Numbered from the whole stretch's first letter, positions 25,632 to 38,741 are shown. The stretch is DNA of 63,714 nt, filler included, from Octopus bimaculoides (GCF_001194135.2; 6 parts of 6 records of this genome joined end to end with filler, not necessarily neighbours in it); one strand, 5' to 3'. Notes: generated by a model from the letters alone, not told the origin. Made by a program: numbers and translations.

Positions 25632-26175
25632 CGTGGTGATGTTCAGTGTATCTCGGCTATCACAGTCGGAGTACCGACAATTCAGCGCCGACAATTCAGC
25701 GCATGTAACATATGTAATTTATTATTACATTGTATTGGTGTTGTTTGTATATGTAAAACACATACACAGCCAACCTACAAACACAGAATAAATTAACTCT
25801 ACATAAACAAAAATCATTCATATACATGAAACAAAAAAACAGCAAGTAAACGTAAACATATATACACACAGCCATACGAAACGATAACTACACCGTTTGA
25901 ATCTCCAATGAGAATATAACTAGCTAACAACTGGTACAAAGAATGTAATTTAGCATTTTAAATTCTTTTTGCCATTTTTTATCTTTATATGTTCTTAAAT
26001 AAATAATTGAAATTTTGTCTCTTCTTTTTATCGCAAAACCTTTACCTAAGTTCAAGATGATACCCTGCGCTGAAATGTCTATTCACTGAATTATCTAACG
26101 CTGAAATATCGGCGCTGCAATGTCGGCGCTGAATTGTTGGCGCTGAGTTGTCAGGCGCTGAACTGTCGCATCACG
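25632..26175. mobile_element. Foldback-like non-autonomous element with inverted arrays of a 14-bp unit
   Basis: ccgacaattcagcg x2 (25674-25701) faces 5-7 copies of its reverse complement cgctgaattgtcgg (26068-26169). Confidence 0.6.
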
Positions 26176-26457
26176 ACCACAACCACGATCACAATCAGTC
26201 CGGATCCATTTATTAGAAATGCTACAAATGCGCAGCAGCAATCGCAGCCAACTCCCTGCAGGATGCCCGAGCCTCAAATATTCCATCATTAATTTTTTTG
26301 TGATTTCCGTGTGCCTTATATTATAGGAAATTTATTTGTGAATGACAATATTCGCTAAACTTCGAGTGTCGTGGAATTGTATTACATGGCGAATCCAATT
26401 TCATTTCGCACCTCCATAACCTTATGTAATCCTACTGAACTTACTATAAAATAACCA

Positions 26458-26612
26458 AGGCGCAACAGTGGCTGTGTGGTAAGTAGCTTGCTTACCAACA
26501 ACATGGTTCTGAGTTCAGTCCCACTGCGGTCGGTTTGCTTGACTAAAGGTGGTGCTCCAGCATGGCCGCAGTCAAATGACTGAAACAAATAAAAGAGTAA
26601 AAGACACTTGGT
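26458..26612 (+). mobile_element. Internally deleted tRNA-derived SINE
   Basis: Head ggcgcaacagtggctgtgtggtaagtagcttgc..gttcagtccca joined directly to the tail aaaggtggtgctccagcatggccgcagtcaaatgactgaaac. Confidence 0.8.
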
Positions 26613-27816
26613 GTCCTACCAATGCATTTTTCACAAATTTGGTCATCAGATTCGCTTCTATACCATTCTGGTTAATGCTAACGACTACTTCTCAACCTAT
26701 CATTCCAAAATCTCACATCGCTAAATAAAAATTATTCCTAACAAAGACGTTGGCAGTGAGAGCTATAACCAAACTCAACCTTCGTACCCTACACATCGTC
26801 GAACAATCACTAACAAGTCCTGCGTTCTGCTTTAAACAACAGTTAAATCTCCGACAAATTAAATCGTGCTTTCTTGAAACGCAAAGAACTCATTGGATAA
26901 TGTAACTTTTGGTATAATACATCTGTGAGGAAAATAAAATAATCAAGGCTGGGAGGTCTTTATCCGAAGTCTGGTCCATTAAAGGGCTTATTTTGAGACC
27001 AAGTACCACAAACAACAACAATTGTCTCTAAAGCAATATTTATGATAAGCATGGTTTGATTATTTACTTTGAAAATGGGCGAGAAACTTACCTAAAGCTT
27101 GGGTAAAAATAAACTTCAGCAATTTTTCTGAAAATAAACGAAAGAAAAAAATTAAAATTTAATAAAGCGCAATAAATAAAACAAATAATATGCACACACA
27201 CACACACACACACACNNNNNNNNNNNNNNNNNNNNNNNNNNNNNNNNNNNNNNNNNNNNNNNNNNNNNNNNNNNNNNNNNNNNNNNNNNNNNNNNNNNNN
27301 NNNNNNNNNNNNNNNNNNNNNNNNNNNNNNNNNNNNNNNNNNNNNNNNNNNNNNNNNNNNNNNNNNNNNNNNNNNNNNNNNNNNNNNNNNNNNNNNNNNN
27401 NNNNNNNNNNNNNNNNNNNNNNNNNNNNNNNNNNNNNNNNNNNNNNNNNNNNNNNNNNNNNNNNNNNNNNNNNNNNNNNNNNNNNNNNNNNNNNNNNNNN
27501 NNNNNNNNNNNNNNNNNNNNNNNNNNNNNNNNNNNNNNNNNNNNNNNNNNNNNNNNNNNNNNNNNNNNNNNNNNNNNNNNNNNNNNNNNNNNNNNNNNNN
27601 NNNNNNNNNNNNNNNNNNNNNNNNNNNNNNNNNNNNNNNNNNNNNNNNNNNNNNNNNNNNNNNNNNNNNNNNNNNNNNNNNNNNNNNNNNNNNNNNNNNN
27701 NNNNNNNNNNNNNATATATATATATATACATTTATATATATATTGATAGAAAAGGTAAGACAACAAAAGAAAGAGAAGAGACCTCGATTAGAGGAATTTA
27801 TCTGTAAATAATATGT

Positions 27817-27897
27817 GACAATTATTCGGTAGCCTTGATAAAACTCCGAATTTCGGATGTCGGGGCGGAAACCCACGCCGCCATCTCTTCAGTTATC
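27817..27897 (-). ncRNA. Hammerhead-ribozyme-like motif (type I, extended stems, two single-nt insertions)
   Basis: GAUAA-CUGAAGA-GAUG..CAUC-C-GAAA-UUCGG-(16 nt)-CCGAAU-AA-UUGUC; stems I, II and III all pair. Confidence 0.55.
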
Positions 27898-28002
27898 TGG
27901 CCATCGAAACTAATGTGAATACAATTCTTTTGACGCTATCAAAAGGTTACCACAAGAAATAAGTACTAACCCCAAAATAATAACCTGCCGATCCAGGCTG
28001 GT

Positions 28003-28323
28003 TTGTTTTCCATAAAAGAGCTTCAAGAATGCCTAAAATTATTAAGCAGAAAGACTACAGATTCAGATTCAGCCCAACATCCCAGCTATCATTTCCAGAA
28101 ACGTCTGATTCACCTCTATGATGAGACCTGTTCAAACGTCAAAAGGAACCGTGATAAATGCGTGTTACACTTGGCATGTGGCCTTTTCAGTAGCATCGCA
28201 CGCTCACCTGGAATCGGTAAAGCTATTGTTTTATATGATACAGCTATTTTTCTAGCTTGTCGGTTCAGATATAAAAATACAAGCTTCTTTGAGATGAGAA
28301 GAGAGAATCCGACAGTGAAGTGA
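28003..28323 (+). pseudogene. Possible retroelement (Penelope-like) N-terminal ORF remnant
   Basis: 106-aa non-repetitive ORF next to an HHR-like motif; no diagnostic domain recognised. Confidence 0.25.
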
Positions 28324-28553
28324 GACACATGACACAGAGAGAACTTGACAGGGAAACGAAAAATATCGACACACCCACAAAAAGACAATTCGCATCAACA
28401 ACATGCATTCCGAATTAATTAAACTTCTCTATCACACAAAGCCTTGCCTTGAATTTCTGCAATGTAGCGCTGGAAATTCAGCGCTAACACTGACAGGACA
28501 CAGCTTTTGTAATTTCATTCGATTATTACATGCTGATATTTCTTATCAAAAAA

Positions 28554-28747
28554 ATGTCTCCTAAAAAAGAGCCTCAAAACACGAACACCAATAAAACGTA
28601 CAACGTGTAGGAGAAAACGAAGACAAGAGACGCGAATGGCTTTGCAGACGATCGACAAAGAAAGCTCGACGTGCAGCAGAAAACGAAGACAAGAGACGCG
28701 AATGGCTTTGCAGACGATCGACAAAGAAAGCTCGACGTGCAGCAGAA
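28554..28747 (+). repeat. 66-bp tandem duplication encoding STPR-like Glu/Arg helical repeats
   Basis: Units 28612-28677 and 28678-28743; ENEDKRREWL[ADDRQRK]ARRAAE after correcting two compensating frameshifts; preceded by ATG-SPKK. Confidence 0.55.
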
Positions 28748-28891
28748 CACGACTGATGAAAGACAGTCAAGAATGACCAGTCTTTCCTTTTTGCCTGTCC
28801 TACTAATTGTTGTTTCTTTTGTCTGCGTTTGTATCGTCTATGTGTCCGAAAGTTTTAATGCTCTCAATTGCATTTTTGTTCCATTTATATA

Positions 28892-28942
<51 letters not shown>

Positions 28943-28950
28943 ATATATAT

Positions 28951-28981
<31 letters not shown>

Positions 28982-30056
28982 CATACATACATATACATAT
29001 GCTCACACACGCACACACTGTGTATGTATATCCAAATTATGTATTTGTATAGGCGTGTGTGTTAATGCGTGTGTATGTGATATTAATATGTATAGTCAAA
29101 TGTATAGGCATGTATTCGATATAAAATATATGTACTTGACCATGTGTGAATGTGTTGAAGTGTGTAAGTGAGCATGTGTGCGTGCGTGTGTGTTGAGAGA
29201 TTTCAAGAATATTTCATAACAGAATAAACAATACCGACATGCAAAGCAACAAAAGACTGATTCGTGATAATAGAAATCAAAGAGCATGTTTCTGCAAGAA
29301 TTCTTGGCAGTCAGAAGGACTGACAGTTTGATGTAAGAATACGGGTAGGAATAAGGCGTGGATACCTCCATTAAGCTTCCGAAGATACAAGCTTTAAAGA
29401 AATCTATATGGTTCAATATCACGAAATGAAGATGCGTCTTTTCATGGAAGTTTCGGTTTTCAATATTTTCAATCTTAAAAATCCAGATTTCGAAAAGAAA
29501 ACCTCAGTCTTATTTGTTCCACTGGCGACTCTATTATTAATAATTAGTGATATGTATAAAACTGATGATTTTCATATTCTTTGTATTATTCGTGACATCA
29601 TGGCTAAGTTTTTCATTGTAAGCATCGCTGTTCTCATTCGTGATTTTCTAAATACTTCAACATTTCTTTATTAATAAACACCGCATGGAAAACATGCTTA
29701 GAAGTATTCATGAATATTTTATTACTATATCTGTTAAGTCAGATTATACCAGAATTTTCACAGTATCGCAAAAATACCTTGGATTATATAGCTTCGGTTC
29801 GGAGCCGAAAATCCCTCAGGTCATCCGTCTGTTTTCGAAGAAATTGAGAACCAGTCAAGCACTGAAATCAATTTAATCGACAGACCCCTGCACTGAAAGG
29901 TATGATCTTATGACTATAATATGTATGTGTGTATACGTGTGTGCATGTGTATATGTATGTGATGGTGCAATGTGTATAAATGTGTTTGTGTGGGTGTCTG
30001 TGTGTGTTTGTTGTTGTTGTTGTTGTGATTTATATACCCATAAGACAGAAATATAG

Positions 30057-30326
30057 ACGTCACTAAAGTGACAAAAGGACTCCAGTCAGCACCACCATTG
30101 CTAGAAATAAGAATCAAAACAACTCAATCGCCACAGAACGCACTATTTTAATAACTGACAAGGGAAGCAAACTCCCTAAAGCAGCAGATATAGCCAGAGC
30201 ATCATGGATTTCGCATTTTAATTATTACGTATTCTTAATGCTCATCGGTGGCTCTTGACAAGCCTCGGGTTAAACTCAGCTCACCTTGTCAGCTTATAAG
30301 ACTTCATTTTGTCACTTTAGTGACGT
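30057..30326. mobile_element. 270-bp MITE with perfect 20-bp TIRs (Tc1/mariner-like)
   Basis: acgtcactaaagtgacaaaa (30057-30076) and ttttgtcactttagtgacgt (30307-30326); TA at the right end. Confidence 0.85.
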
Positions 30327-30554
30327 ATACATTTCTGCCTTTAGGCTGAAAAATTGCGAATTAGCCACCCATATTATATTATATTATATTATATTATATT
30401 ATATACAAACATGCATAAAGTAAACTTGCAAGGTAGTGAACGAATGAAAATATGCAGGAAAGAGGGTTTGAAAATGCAGAGGTCTTTTAGAGAAGTTTAT
30501 TGACTTGACCGGTTTCACTTTAAAAAAAAAGAGATTATCAAAAGTAAAATGCAA

Positions 30555-30622
30555 AGCAGTGGAACTTAACCCAGAACCATGTGGTTGGGAAGCAAGCTTC
30601 TTACCACACAGTCACGGTGCGC
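30555..30622 (-). mobile_element. SINE head fragment
   Basis: gcagtggaacttaacccagaaccatgtggttgggaagcaagcttcttaccacacagtc. Confidence 0.7.
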
Positions 30623-31238
30623 AAAACTTTCATCATAGCTCTGATACCTATTTACGTCACGAAGGACTACGTTCACTGTTCAGAAAAGAGGTGAATGACC
30701 CAGCTACAGACAGAAAGCGTGACTGGTAACAAGACGAGAACGCTTATACCACGTCATTATCAAATATAACCAGCCATGACATAAATTGCCCTGCGTAGTA
30801 GAACACCGTTAGAATTCTTATACAGACAAGCAGAAATCATCGATTTTTTACTAACCACATGATGTCGAATGCACGAGCCAAGCCTCTGACAGCCATTTAA
30901 TGTGTTCCGGCTTATGTTCATCATCCCTAAACTAATGCAAGTTAATTTCCAGCATCACAGACCCGATATCGCATCGGCAACAAACCATCAGATTAATATG
31001 TCAGTTCTATAATTAGGTTCTCTCGGAGCTCGGCTTCTTTCTCAGTTATCTTTGGCCAACACTGAACACGGGTAGAGTAAAACGGACAGAGAAAAACAAA
31101 ATTCGAAAATACAAGAAAATCAGAGGAAATAAATAAATAGAAGATAGCAATTTAACGAAATAAAAACATAATTGGAGATTGTGTTGTAACTATGTGTGGA
31201 CGTGAATATAAATATATATATACACATACATGAATATG

Positions 31239-31283
<45 letters not shown>

Positions 31284-31784
31284 NNNNNNNNNNNNNNNNN
31301 NNNNNNNNNNNNNNNNNNNNNNNNNNNNNNNNNNNNNNNNNNNNNNNNNNNNNNNNNNNNNNNNNNNNNNNNNNNNNNNNNNNNNNNNNNNNNNNNNNNN
31401 NNNNNNNNNNNNNNNNNNNNNNNNNNNNNNNNNNNNNNNNNNNNNNNNNNNNNNNNNNNNNNNNNNNNNNNNNNNNNNNNNNNNNNNNNNNNNNNNNNNN
31501 NNNNNNNNNNNNNNNNNNNNNNNNNNNNNNNNNNNNNNNNNNNNNNNNNNNNNNNNNNNNNNNNNNNNNNNNNNNNNNNNNNNNNNNNNNNNNNNNNNNN
31601 NNNNNNNNNNNNNNNNNNNNNNNNNNNNNNNNNNNNNNNNNNNNNNNNNNNNNNNNNNNNNNNNNNNTATATATAAACGCACAAATATACATGTACACAT
31701 TTTCATATTCCTTTTACTAACAAAAGAATGAACTCGATACATAGAAGAGAGTATATATAATTATATTAGTTGTGAAGTTAGCTT

Positions 31785-31855
31785 CATAACTAATAATAAC
31801 AATAATAATAATAATCATAATAATAATGATAATGATAATAATAATAGTAATAATA

Positions 31856-31919
<64 letters not shown>

Positions 31920-31960
31920 TGATGATGGTAACATTAATAGTAATAATAATGATGATAATA
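31785..31960. repeat. (TAA)n microsatellite
   Basis: Direct inspection. Confidence 0.95.
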
Positions 31961-32196
31961 ATATGGTAGAGAAAGAGGGAGAGTTAGACAGAGGAATGGT
32001 GATAAAGAGATTGAAAGATGGTTATGCATACACATATGCATGTACATATATATATATGTGTGTGTGTGTATGTGTGTGTGCGTGTGCGTGAGTGGTTGTG
32101 TGCCAATGTTTATAAATACATATATCTGTATACACATGAATAGATATGGATGTACAAAGAATTATAAATATGCATGTGTGTATATGTATATATGTG

Positions 32197-32251
<55 letters not shown>

Positions 32252-35200
32252 ATATACATACCTGTATACGTGTGTATGCATGTATGTATGCATGTATGTA
32301 TGTATGTACATATGTATTTATGTATGTATGTATGTATGTACGTATGTATGTATGTATGTAGACGATTGGCATGTGTAAAATTCGCTTTCAATTGAAGGCA
32401 GTGATTTCATAGAATCAGTGTGTCAGTTTGTTTGTGTTCGTGCGAATTAGCTGATTGGTCGGCATGTTTTGGGAACAGAATAGGAAGGTGGATAAGTTTA
32501 ATTTGACAGTCAGGTAGAATGGATGAAGAGAAACAGCAATTAATCAGGTAAGAACGTTTGTTCGTGAAATCGAGATTAATTTGTGAAAAAGAATTGTTTC
32601 TTTTACTGATGTCAAAGCACAGACATGTGAGTAAAAGATTTAATGCATTTACTTAAATTAATTATCATATTGTTCTGGTGGGTGATGTAGGGTTTAGTGT
32701 GGGGTATAGAAGAGTTATAATGGATATCATGAGTTTGTTATTATGTATTGGAGGTGGACAATGGAACAGGCCGTCTAGTGTATCCTGGTAGGAATTAATG
32801 TTAAGAGAACAGAGAAAAGCATTAAACGGGGAAATAGTATGTCGCTAATTTATGTATGCATGTCCGTTAGAATTGCACTTGTGTGTGCGTATATATGTGT
32901 GTAGGTAAGTACACACACAAAGGAGCTTAACACGTGCAAACACACATACGCACGCAATCGATAAAAACATGTAAGAGATATAAGACAAGACTCTAGCATT
33001 CGACAGCTATTTTGCTAAGGAATCTGGTAGTTTGAACGCGGTGAGATAGACTTGTTGCTTCAGAAGTGACTTAGGCGATGCAACAAAGGAAAAGCAAAGA
33101 CACGGGATGTATTGTAAAAACTAGTAACCACAACAAGAACAAAGAAAAGAAAACAATGCGTCCTCTTACGGTGAAGTCAAATAAAACAACCATTTTTGGT
33201 TTGTATAAAGCATTTATGAATCACTATAAAAATACGATGAAACAAAGCCCCCAAATAAGTACGATGTAGAAGCAAAAACACGATTAATGTTTACGCGACC
33301 CTTTTTAGAAATGAAGATTGTGGATATATGTGACTTCTCGGTTGAAATTTTTTTTAAATTAGAGAGATTTGTGGTCAGAGCAGAAAGGAATTGATAAAAT
33401 AATGTTGCAGGAAGAAAAACAGGAGAAAAGACGCAGAGGGAAAAAAGAGAAGACAAAAAGACAAAGGATCTGCGAGTGAAAGAACGTGTCAATCCATTAC
33501 GGTCGTTTCTAACGACTCTTTTAATTGATTAATGGAAACGTTACGTCATTGTAAAGAAAGCGGTTTCATCAGATGAATTCATGAACTTCAAAATAAAGGA
33601 CATTCGAAATGATTTAACATGGTTTAAAACCCATGGAACAAAAATATTTACAGTGATTCTGCAAATATTTCAATTCACAGAATTCTGTCTACTACTAATA
33701 ATGCATAAATCACTGCATATGAATATGCAACAATATGCGATTAGTGCGATCGAAACACGTGTCGGAGAATTATTATGATTAAGCCATCTGGAAATGAAGA
33801 TAAAGTTTGAATGTTCGGATCCTTCATTCTCCTTGTTATCAATATATATCAGTCCAGAACGCTTCAGGAGGCACAAAGAAGAGCAGCTTCGTCCAATTCA
33901 CTTCTTCACCAAAAACAATACCAACAGGAGACCCCAAAACACCGAAAGGCGGTGTTTCAGCATGGCTCCAGCCCGTTTCATATAGAAAATAGAAACTACA
34001 CGTGGAAAAGATATGGGGAAAGTAAGAAGAACAAATGCGAAAATGCACATTGAATATAAAAAAAAATAATGGCTTTTTTATGAAAAGTAGCAATAAATAA
34101 ATACAATTAGATGAAGTGAGGTAGAATTAAGAAGAATTAGATTCATTATTTTAAATTGTTAAAGAGATTCAAAGACAAACCGGTATTGTCATTGCTGTTT
34201 ACTATATATATTAATATAGATATTTATAAATACTCATATATATATATATAATATGAGTATATATNNNNNNNNNNNNNNNNNNNNNNNNNNNNNNNNNNNN
34301 NNNNNNNNTTAATTAATTAANNNNNNNNNNNNNNNNNNNNNNNNNNNNNNNNNNNNNNNNNNNNTTATATACAGACTTTCAATCTACTGTGTACCTTAAC
34401 TGAGAACTGGTATTTCTTATCCTTGTGTTCTGGACTTTTAACGTCCTTACTATAGACTGTTTTCTATGCTCTGTATCTCTTGCATTCACATACATATATT
34501 TGTATACACACTCTTTGTTTACATGACGGCCTGTCTTATATATTGTTTTATTATGTCGCATTCACACTCACACAGACATTCTAGTTGACAACCAATAAAC
34601 CTTACTGTTATACATCTTTACCGGTTGAGTCTCTCTCTTTTCCTTGCTGGCATTTCCTCGCATTTCATATGTGAGTTCTATTATGTTATAGTATATAACA
34701 TATATTTTTGTGTCGACTGTGCGACGCGTTAGCCTGTTTCCATTCGTCACCATTCTCCTTTGGTTCACACGGTCGTTCTCTACATATATATTACTCTTTC
34801 ATTCGCTTTTTCTAATAATAGAAGTCTTGCCGACGCAGATTAATACCTATCGCTTTGAATTCCACTTTATCTTACACACACACACGTTCAAAGATTTTTC
34901 TTTGATATTTTGGCTTGTAACTAAGATGTTAAGTATTTTTTTCCTTTTCGAGTTTATGTATTTATGTAGAGAGAGTTCGATAAGTGCGAACGCACGAAAC
35001 CCTTGGCCTCCAGTCACTCCGTTGCTTCTGCTAAATATGAATAGAAATATACATATACACTCATATTTTGAGTTCTGTATTTCCTGTTTCTATCACCCCC
35101 CCCACACAAATTCAGGATTAAATAAAAAGAAGACAACAAACGGAAAATTTGGCATACCTATATATANNNNNNNNNNNNNNNNNNNNNNNNNNNNNNNNNN

Positions 35201-35478
35201 NNNNNNNNNNNNNNNNNNNNNNNNNNNNNNNNNNNNNNNNNNNNNNNNNNNNNNNNNNNNNNNNNNNNNNNNNNNNNNNNNNNNNNNNNNNNNNNNNNNN
35301 NNNNNNNNNNNNNNNNNNNNNNNNNNNNNNNNNNNNNNNNNNNNNNNNNNNNNNNNNNNNNNNNNGACAAACGAACAAATACTGTTCTTATGAGAAGTTG
35401 ATGACCTTCTGTGGTTTCTGTTCGCTTCTGTATTTAGTATACGTTCGTTTGTTTATTTACAACACGTTTTTTAAAAAT

Positions 35479-35510
<32 letters not shown>

Positions 35511-35719
35511 CGTATGTATGTCAAATTTTCCGTTTGTTGTCTTTTTATTTAATCCTGAAAATATTTTTTATGTAACGCACGCATCTCTCAATTATATATA
35601 TATATTATATGGTGGTGCTCCAGCATGACCGCAGCCACTTGACAGAAACGCATAAAAAAAAATATATGTATGCACACGCGCGCACGCACACAGCTACCTG
35701 TCTGTCCGTCTCTGTATAT

Positions 35720-36135
35720 ATTTCTGTTATTCTTTTACTTGTTTCAGTCATTTGACTGCGGCCATGCTGGAGCACGGCCTTTAGTCGAACAAATCGACCC
35801 CAGGATTTATTCTTTGTAAGCCTAGTACTTATTCTATCGGCCTCTTTTGCCAAACTGCTAAGTTACGGGGACGTGAACATCAGTTGACAAAATCGGTTGT
35901 CAAGCGATGGTGGGGGTACAAATATAGACACACAAACACAGACACAGACACACAGACAGACACACACACACACATATCCGACGTGCTTCATTCAGTTTCC
36001 GTCTACCAAATCCACTCACAAGGCTTTGGTCGACCCGAAGCTATAGTAAAAAACACTTGTCAAAAGGTGAGTGGGACTGAGCCCGGAACCATGTGGTTGG
36101 TAAGCAAGCCGCTTACCACACAGCCATTTCTGCGC
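35720..36135 (-). mobile_element. Full-length tRNA-derived SINE with internal (CA)n; second full copy at 50395-50822
   Basis: Tail ttgtttcagtcatttgactgcggccatgctggagc, body ttcagtttccgtctaccaaatccactcacaaggc, head gggactgagcccggaaccatgtggttggtaagc. Confidence 0.9.
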
Positions 36136-36541
36136 CCGAGCAATCTGTTTGTCTCTTCATGTATGTATACATATGCATATTTTCATTTGCAATCTTCTAC
36201 ACAGCTGGGGGCAAAAAACTGTAGCACGAAACGGCTGTACCAATTGGACCATGGAATAATGACTTACCTGTCTACCTGCCTACCTACCTACCTACCTGCC
36301 TACCTACCTGCCTACCTACCTACCTACCTACCTACCTACCTGCCTACCTACCTATCTATCTGTACATATATATTTACACTCAGCTGTAAATAAGTATAGT
36401 CTCCTAATCAGGGAGGAATGCTGGGTTGCTTGCCCAGCCATCGAGGTGGCATCATTGGAAGGCTGAAACAATGCGAAGCGCATTGTGACCAGGGATGTAT
36501 AACAACATCCGATAGGCTGGTCACACACATACACACACACG

Positions 36542-36587
<46 letters not shown>

Positions 36588-37349
36588 CACACATACACAC
36601 GTGAAAGAAACAAACTTTTATTAATAGTATTTCTACAACATGCCCAGGCGGAACTTTTAAGCAACACAGTCGCTGTCCATAATTACGATTTTTAATTAAT
36701 TATATTTCCGGAAGTAATAATTACGCACCTGTAATTCAATGTTGCCGTAGATGATAATTATGTTGATGATGATGATAATGATGATGACGACAGTAGTGTA
36801 ATAGTAGGTGAAAACGGAAACAGCGATGACGGAGGTAGCTGTGGCGATGACAGCGGCTGCGGTAATGGTGGTGGTGGTGGTGGTGGTGGCGCTGATGGTA
36901 GTGGCGGTATGATGGTGGTGGGAATGGTAGTGATGGTGATGATATATCGGGTTGTCATATAAATTCGTTCGTTTGTNNNNNNNNNNNNNNNNNNNNNNNN
37001 NNNNNNNNNNNNNNNNNNNNNNNNNNNNNNNNNNNNNNNNNNNNNNNNNNNNNNNNNNNNNNNNNNNNNNNNNNNNNNNNNNNNNNNNNNNNNNNNNNNN
37101 NNNNNNNNNNNNNNNNNNNNNNNNNNNNNNNNNNNNNNNNNNNNNNNNNNNNNNNNNNNNNNNNNNNNNNNNNNNNNNNNNNNNNNNNNNNNNNNNNAAA
37201 CCCCACCATAAAACACTACGCTACAAATACTTTTCGTATTAATAACATTGAAAAAGATTTCAATAAATTCGCAACCCGCCCCATCCCCAACAAAAACGAA
37301 CGAATTTATCTGACAACCGAATATTGGTGGTGGTGGTGGAAATAGTGCA

Positions 37350-37540
37350 TTAGTGATGTTGTTTAGCCCCGTGTTGGTTTATGATGATCAACAGCATTTC
37401 CAGCCGTGCCCATCCTGCCTTTTTACCTGTGTTACTACAAGCCTCAAGACTACATCAACCGACCTGCCCACTTTCCCCAAGACGTTAAGGCGTGATTTGA
37501 GGGAGGTTTTGGCTACTGCGCTTAGCAGGTCGAGCGACAA
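37350..37540. mobile_element. Interspersed repeat fragment (related pieces at 44690-45060)
   Basis: Shared motifs tatgatca..ttccagccgt..., ggcgtgatttga..., tagcaggtcgagcgac. Confidence 0.5.
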
Positions 37541-37792
37541 CTGAGTACCTCTTCCATTGGTACTTTCGTCCTGCTGCAGCTGGCGATCATGGTACTTGTG
37601 TGTTTGTTGCGGTCGTTGTTCTTGTTGCTGTTGCTAGCGTTGCTTTTGGCGTTGCTGTTGCTATTATTATCGTTACGACTGTTGCTATTCTTGTCGCTGT
37701 TGTTGTTGTTATTATTGTTGTTGTTGTTGCTATTGCTGCCGTTGTTGTTGTCGTCGTTGCTTTTATTGCTGTTGTTGCTATTGGTGTAGTGG

Positions 37793-38305
37793 AGGCGCAA
37801 TGGCCCAGTGGTTAGGGCGGCGGACTCGCGGTTTCGATTCCCAGACCGGGCGTTGTGAGTGTTCATTGAGCGNNNNNNNNNNNNNNNNNNNNNNNNNNNN
37901 NNNNNNNNNNNNNNNNNNNNNNNNNNNNNNNNNNNNNNNNNNNNNNNNNNNNNNNNNNNNNNNNNNNNNNNNNNNNNNNNNNNNNNNNNNNNNNNNNNNN
38001 NNNNNNNNNNNNNNNNNNNNNNNNNNNNNNNNNNNNNNNNNNNNNNNNNNNNNNNNNNNNNNNNNNNNNNNNNNNNNNNNNNNNNNNNNNNNNNNNNNNN
38101 NNNNNNNNNNNNNNNNNNNNNNNNNNNNNNNNNNNNNNNNNNNNNNNNNNNNNNNNNNNNNNNNNNNNNNNNNNNNNNNNNNNNNNNNNNNNNNNNNNNN
38201 NNNNNNNNNNNNNNCTGTGTCACGCTGAATATCCCCGAGAACTACGTTAAAGGTACACGTGTCTGTGGAGTGCTCAGCCACATGCACGTTAATTTCACGA
38301 GTAGG
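37793..38305 (+). mobile_element. tRNA-derived SINE interrupted by a gap
   Basis: Head ggcgcaatggcccagtggttagggcggcgg..ttcgattcccagacc; post-gap body matches the reverse complement of 5780-5870. Confidence 0.85.
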
Positions 38306-38629
38306 CGACGGAGTGCCAACACACACAACACACACACGCTATTGGTGTTGTTGCTATTGATGTTGTTGCTATTGGTGTTGTTGCTATTGGTGTTGTTGCT
38401 ATTGATGTTGTGGCCGTTGCTATTCTTATTGCTACTGGTGTTGTTCTTAATGTTATCATTTCTATTGCACTTCTTGTTGTCATTGGCGTTGCTGTTCCTA
38501 TCGTTGTTATTGCTATTGCTAATGCTATTAGCGTTGTTGCTACCGTTGTTGTTGTTGTTGCTATTATTGCCGTTGCTATCACTGTTGCTGCAGATGTTTT
38601 TGTTGTTCACGTCGGGTGAGTGCCGTGGT

Positions 38630-38740
38630 TCCTTCAAGCCTCGACGAGTTTTAAATATGTTTTTGGTGAGCTTGTCTGGTCCTGAGGATTTTGATGCTTT
38701 TAGATTCCTCAACTGCATATTTTTGGGAAAGAAGCTATCA
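38630..38740 (-). mobile_element. Small LINE ORF2 fragment (pre-RT SPGPD-like motif)
   Basis: LRNLKASKSSGPDKLTKNIFK within ORF 38242-38820. Confidence 0.55.
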
Positions 38741-38741
38741 G

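Noticed and set aside
29780-29830. cttcggttcggagccgaaa hairpin resembling a Penelope HHR stem II
   Set aside because: The core and stem III could not be assembled on either strand.
31896-32395. Numerous YI/CV/HT/MY-rich ORFs (also near 1812-2156, 28671-29171, 45096-45697, 53451-55541, 60667-61399)
   Set aside because: Products of (TA)n, (CA)n, (TACA)n and (GATA)n microsatellites.
37793-37860. tRNA-like sequences (also ~6020-6080, 43330-43400, 49680-49760)
   Set aside because: These are SINE heads with A/B boxes but no complete cloverleaf, and they continue into SINE bodies.
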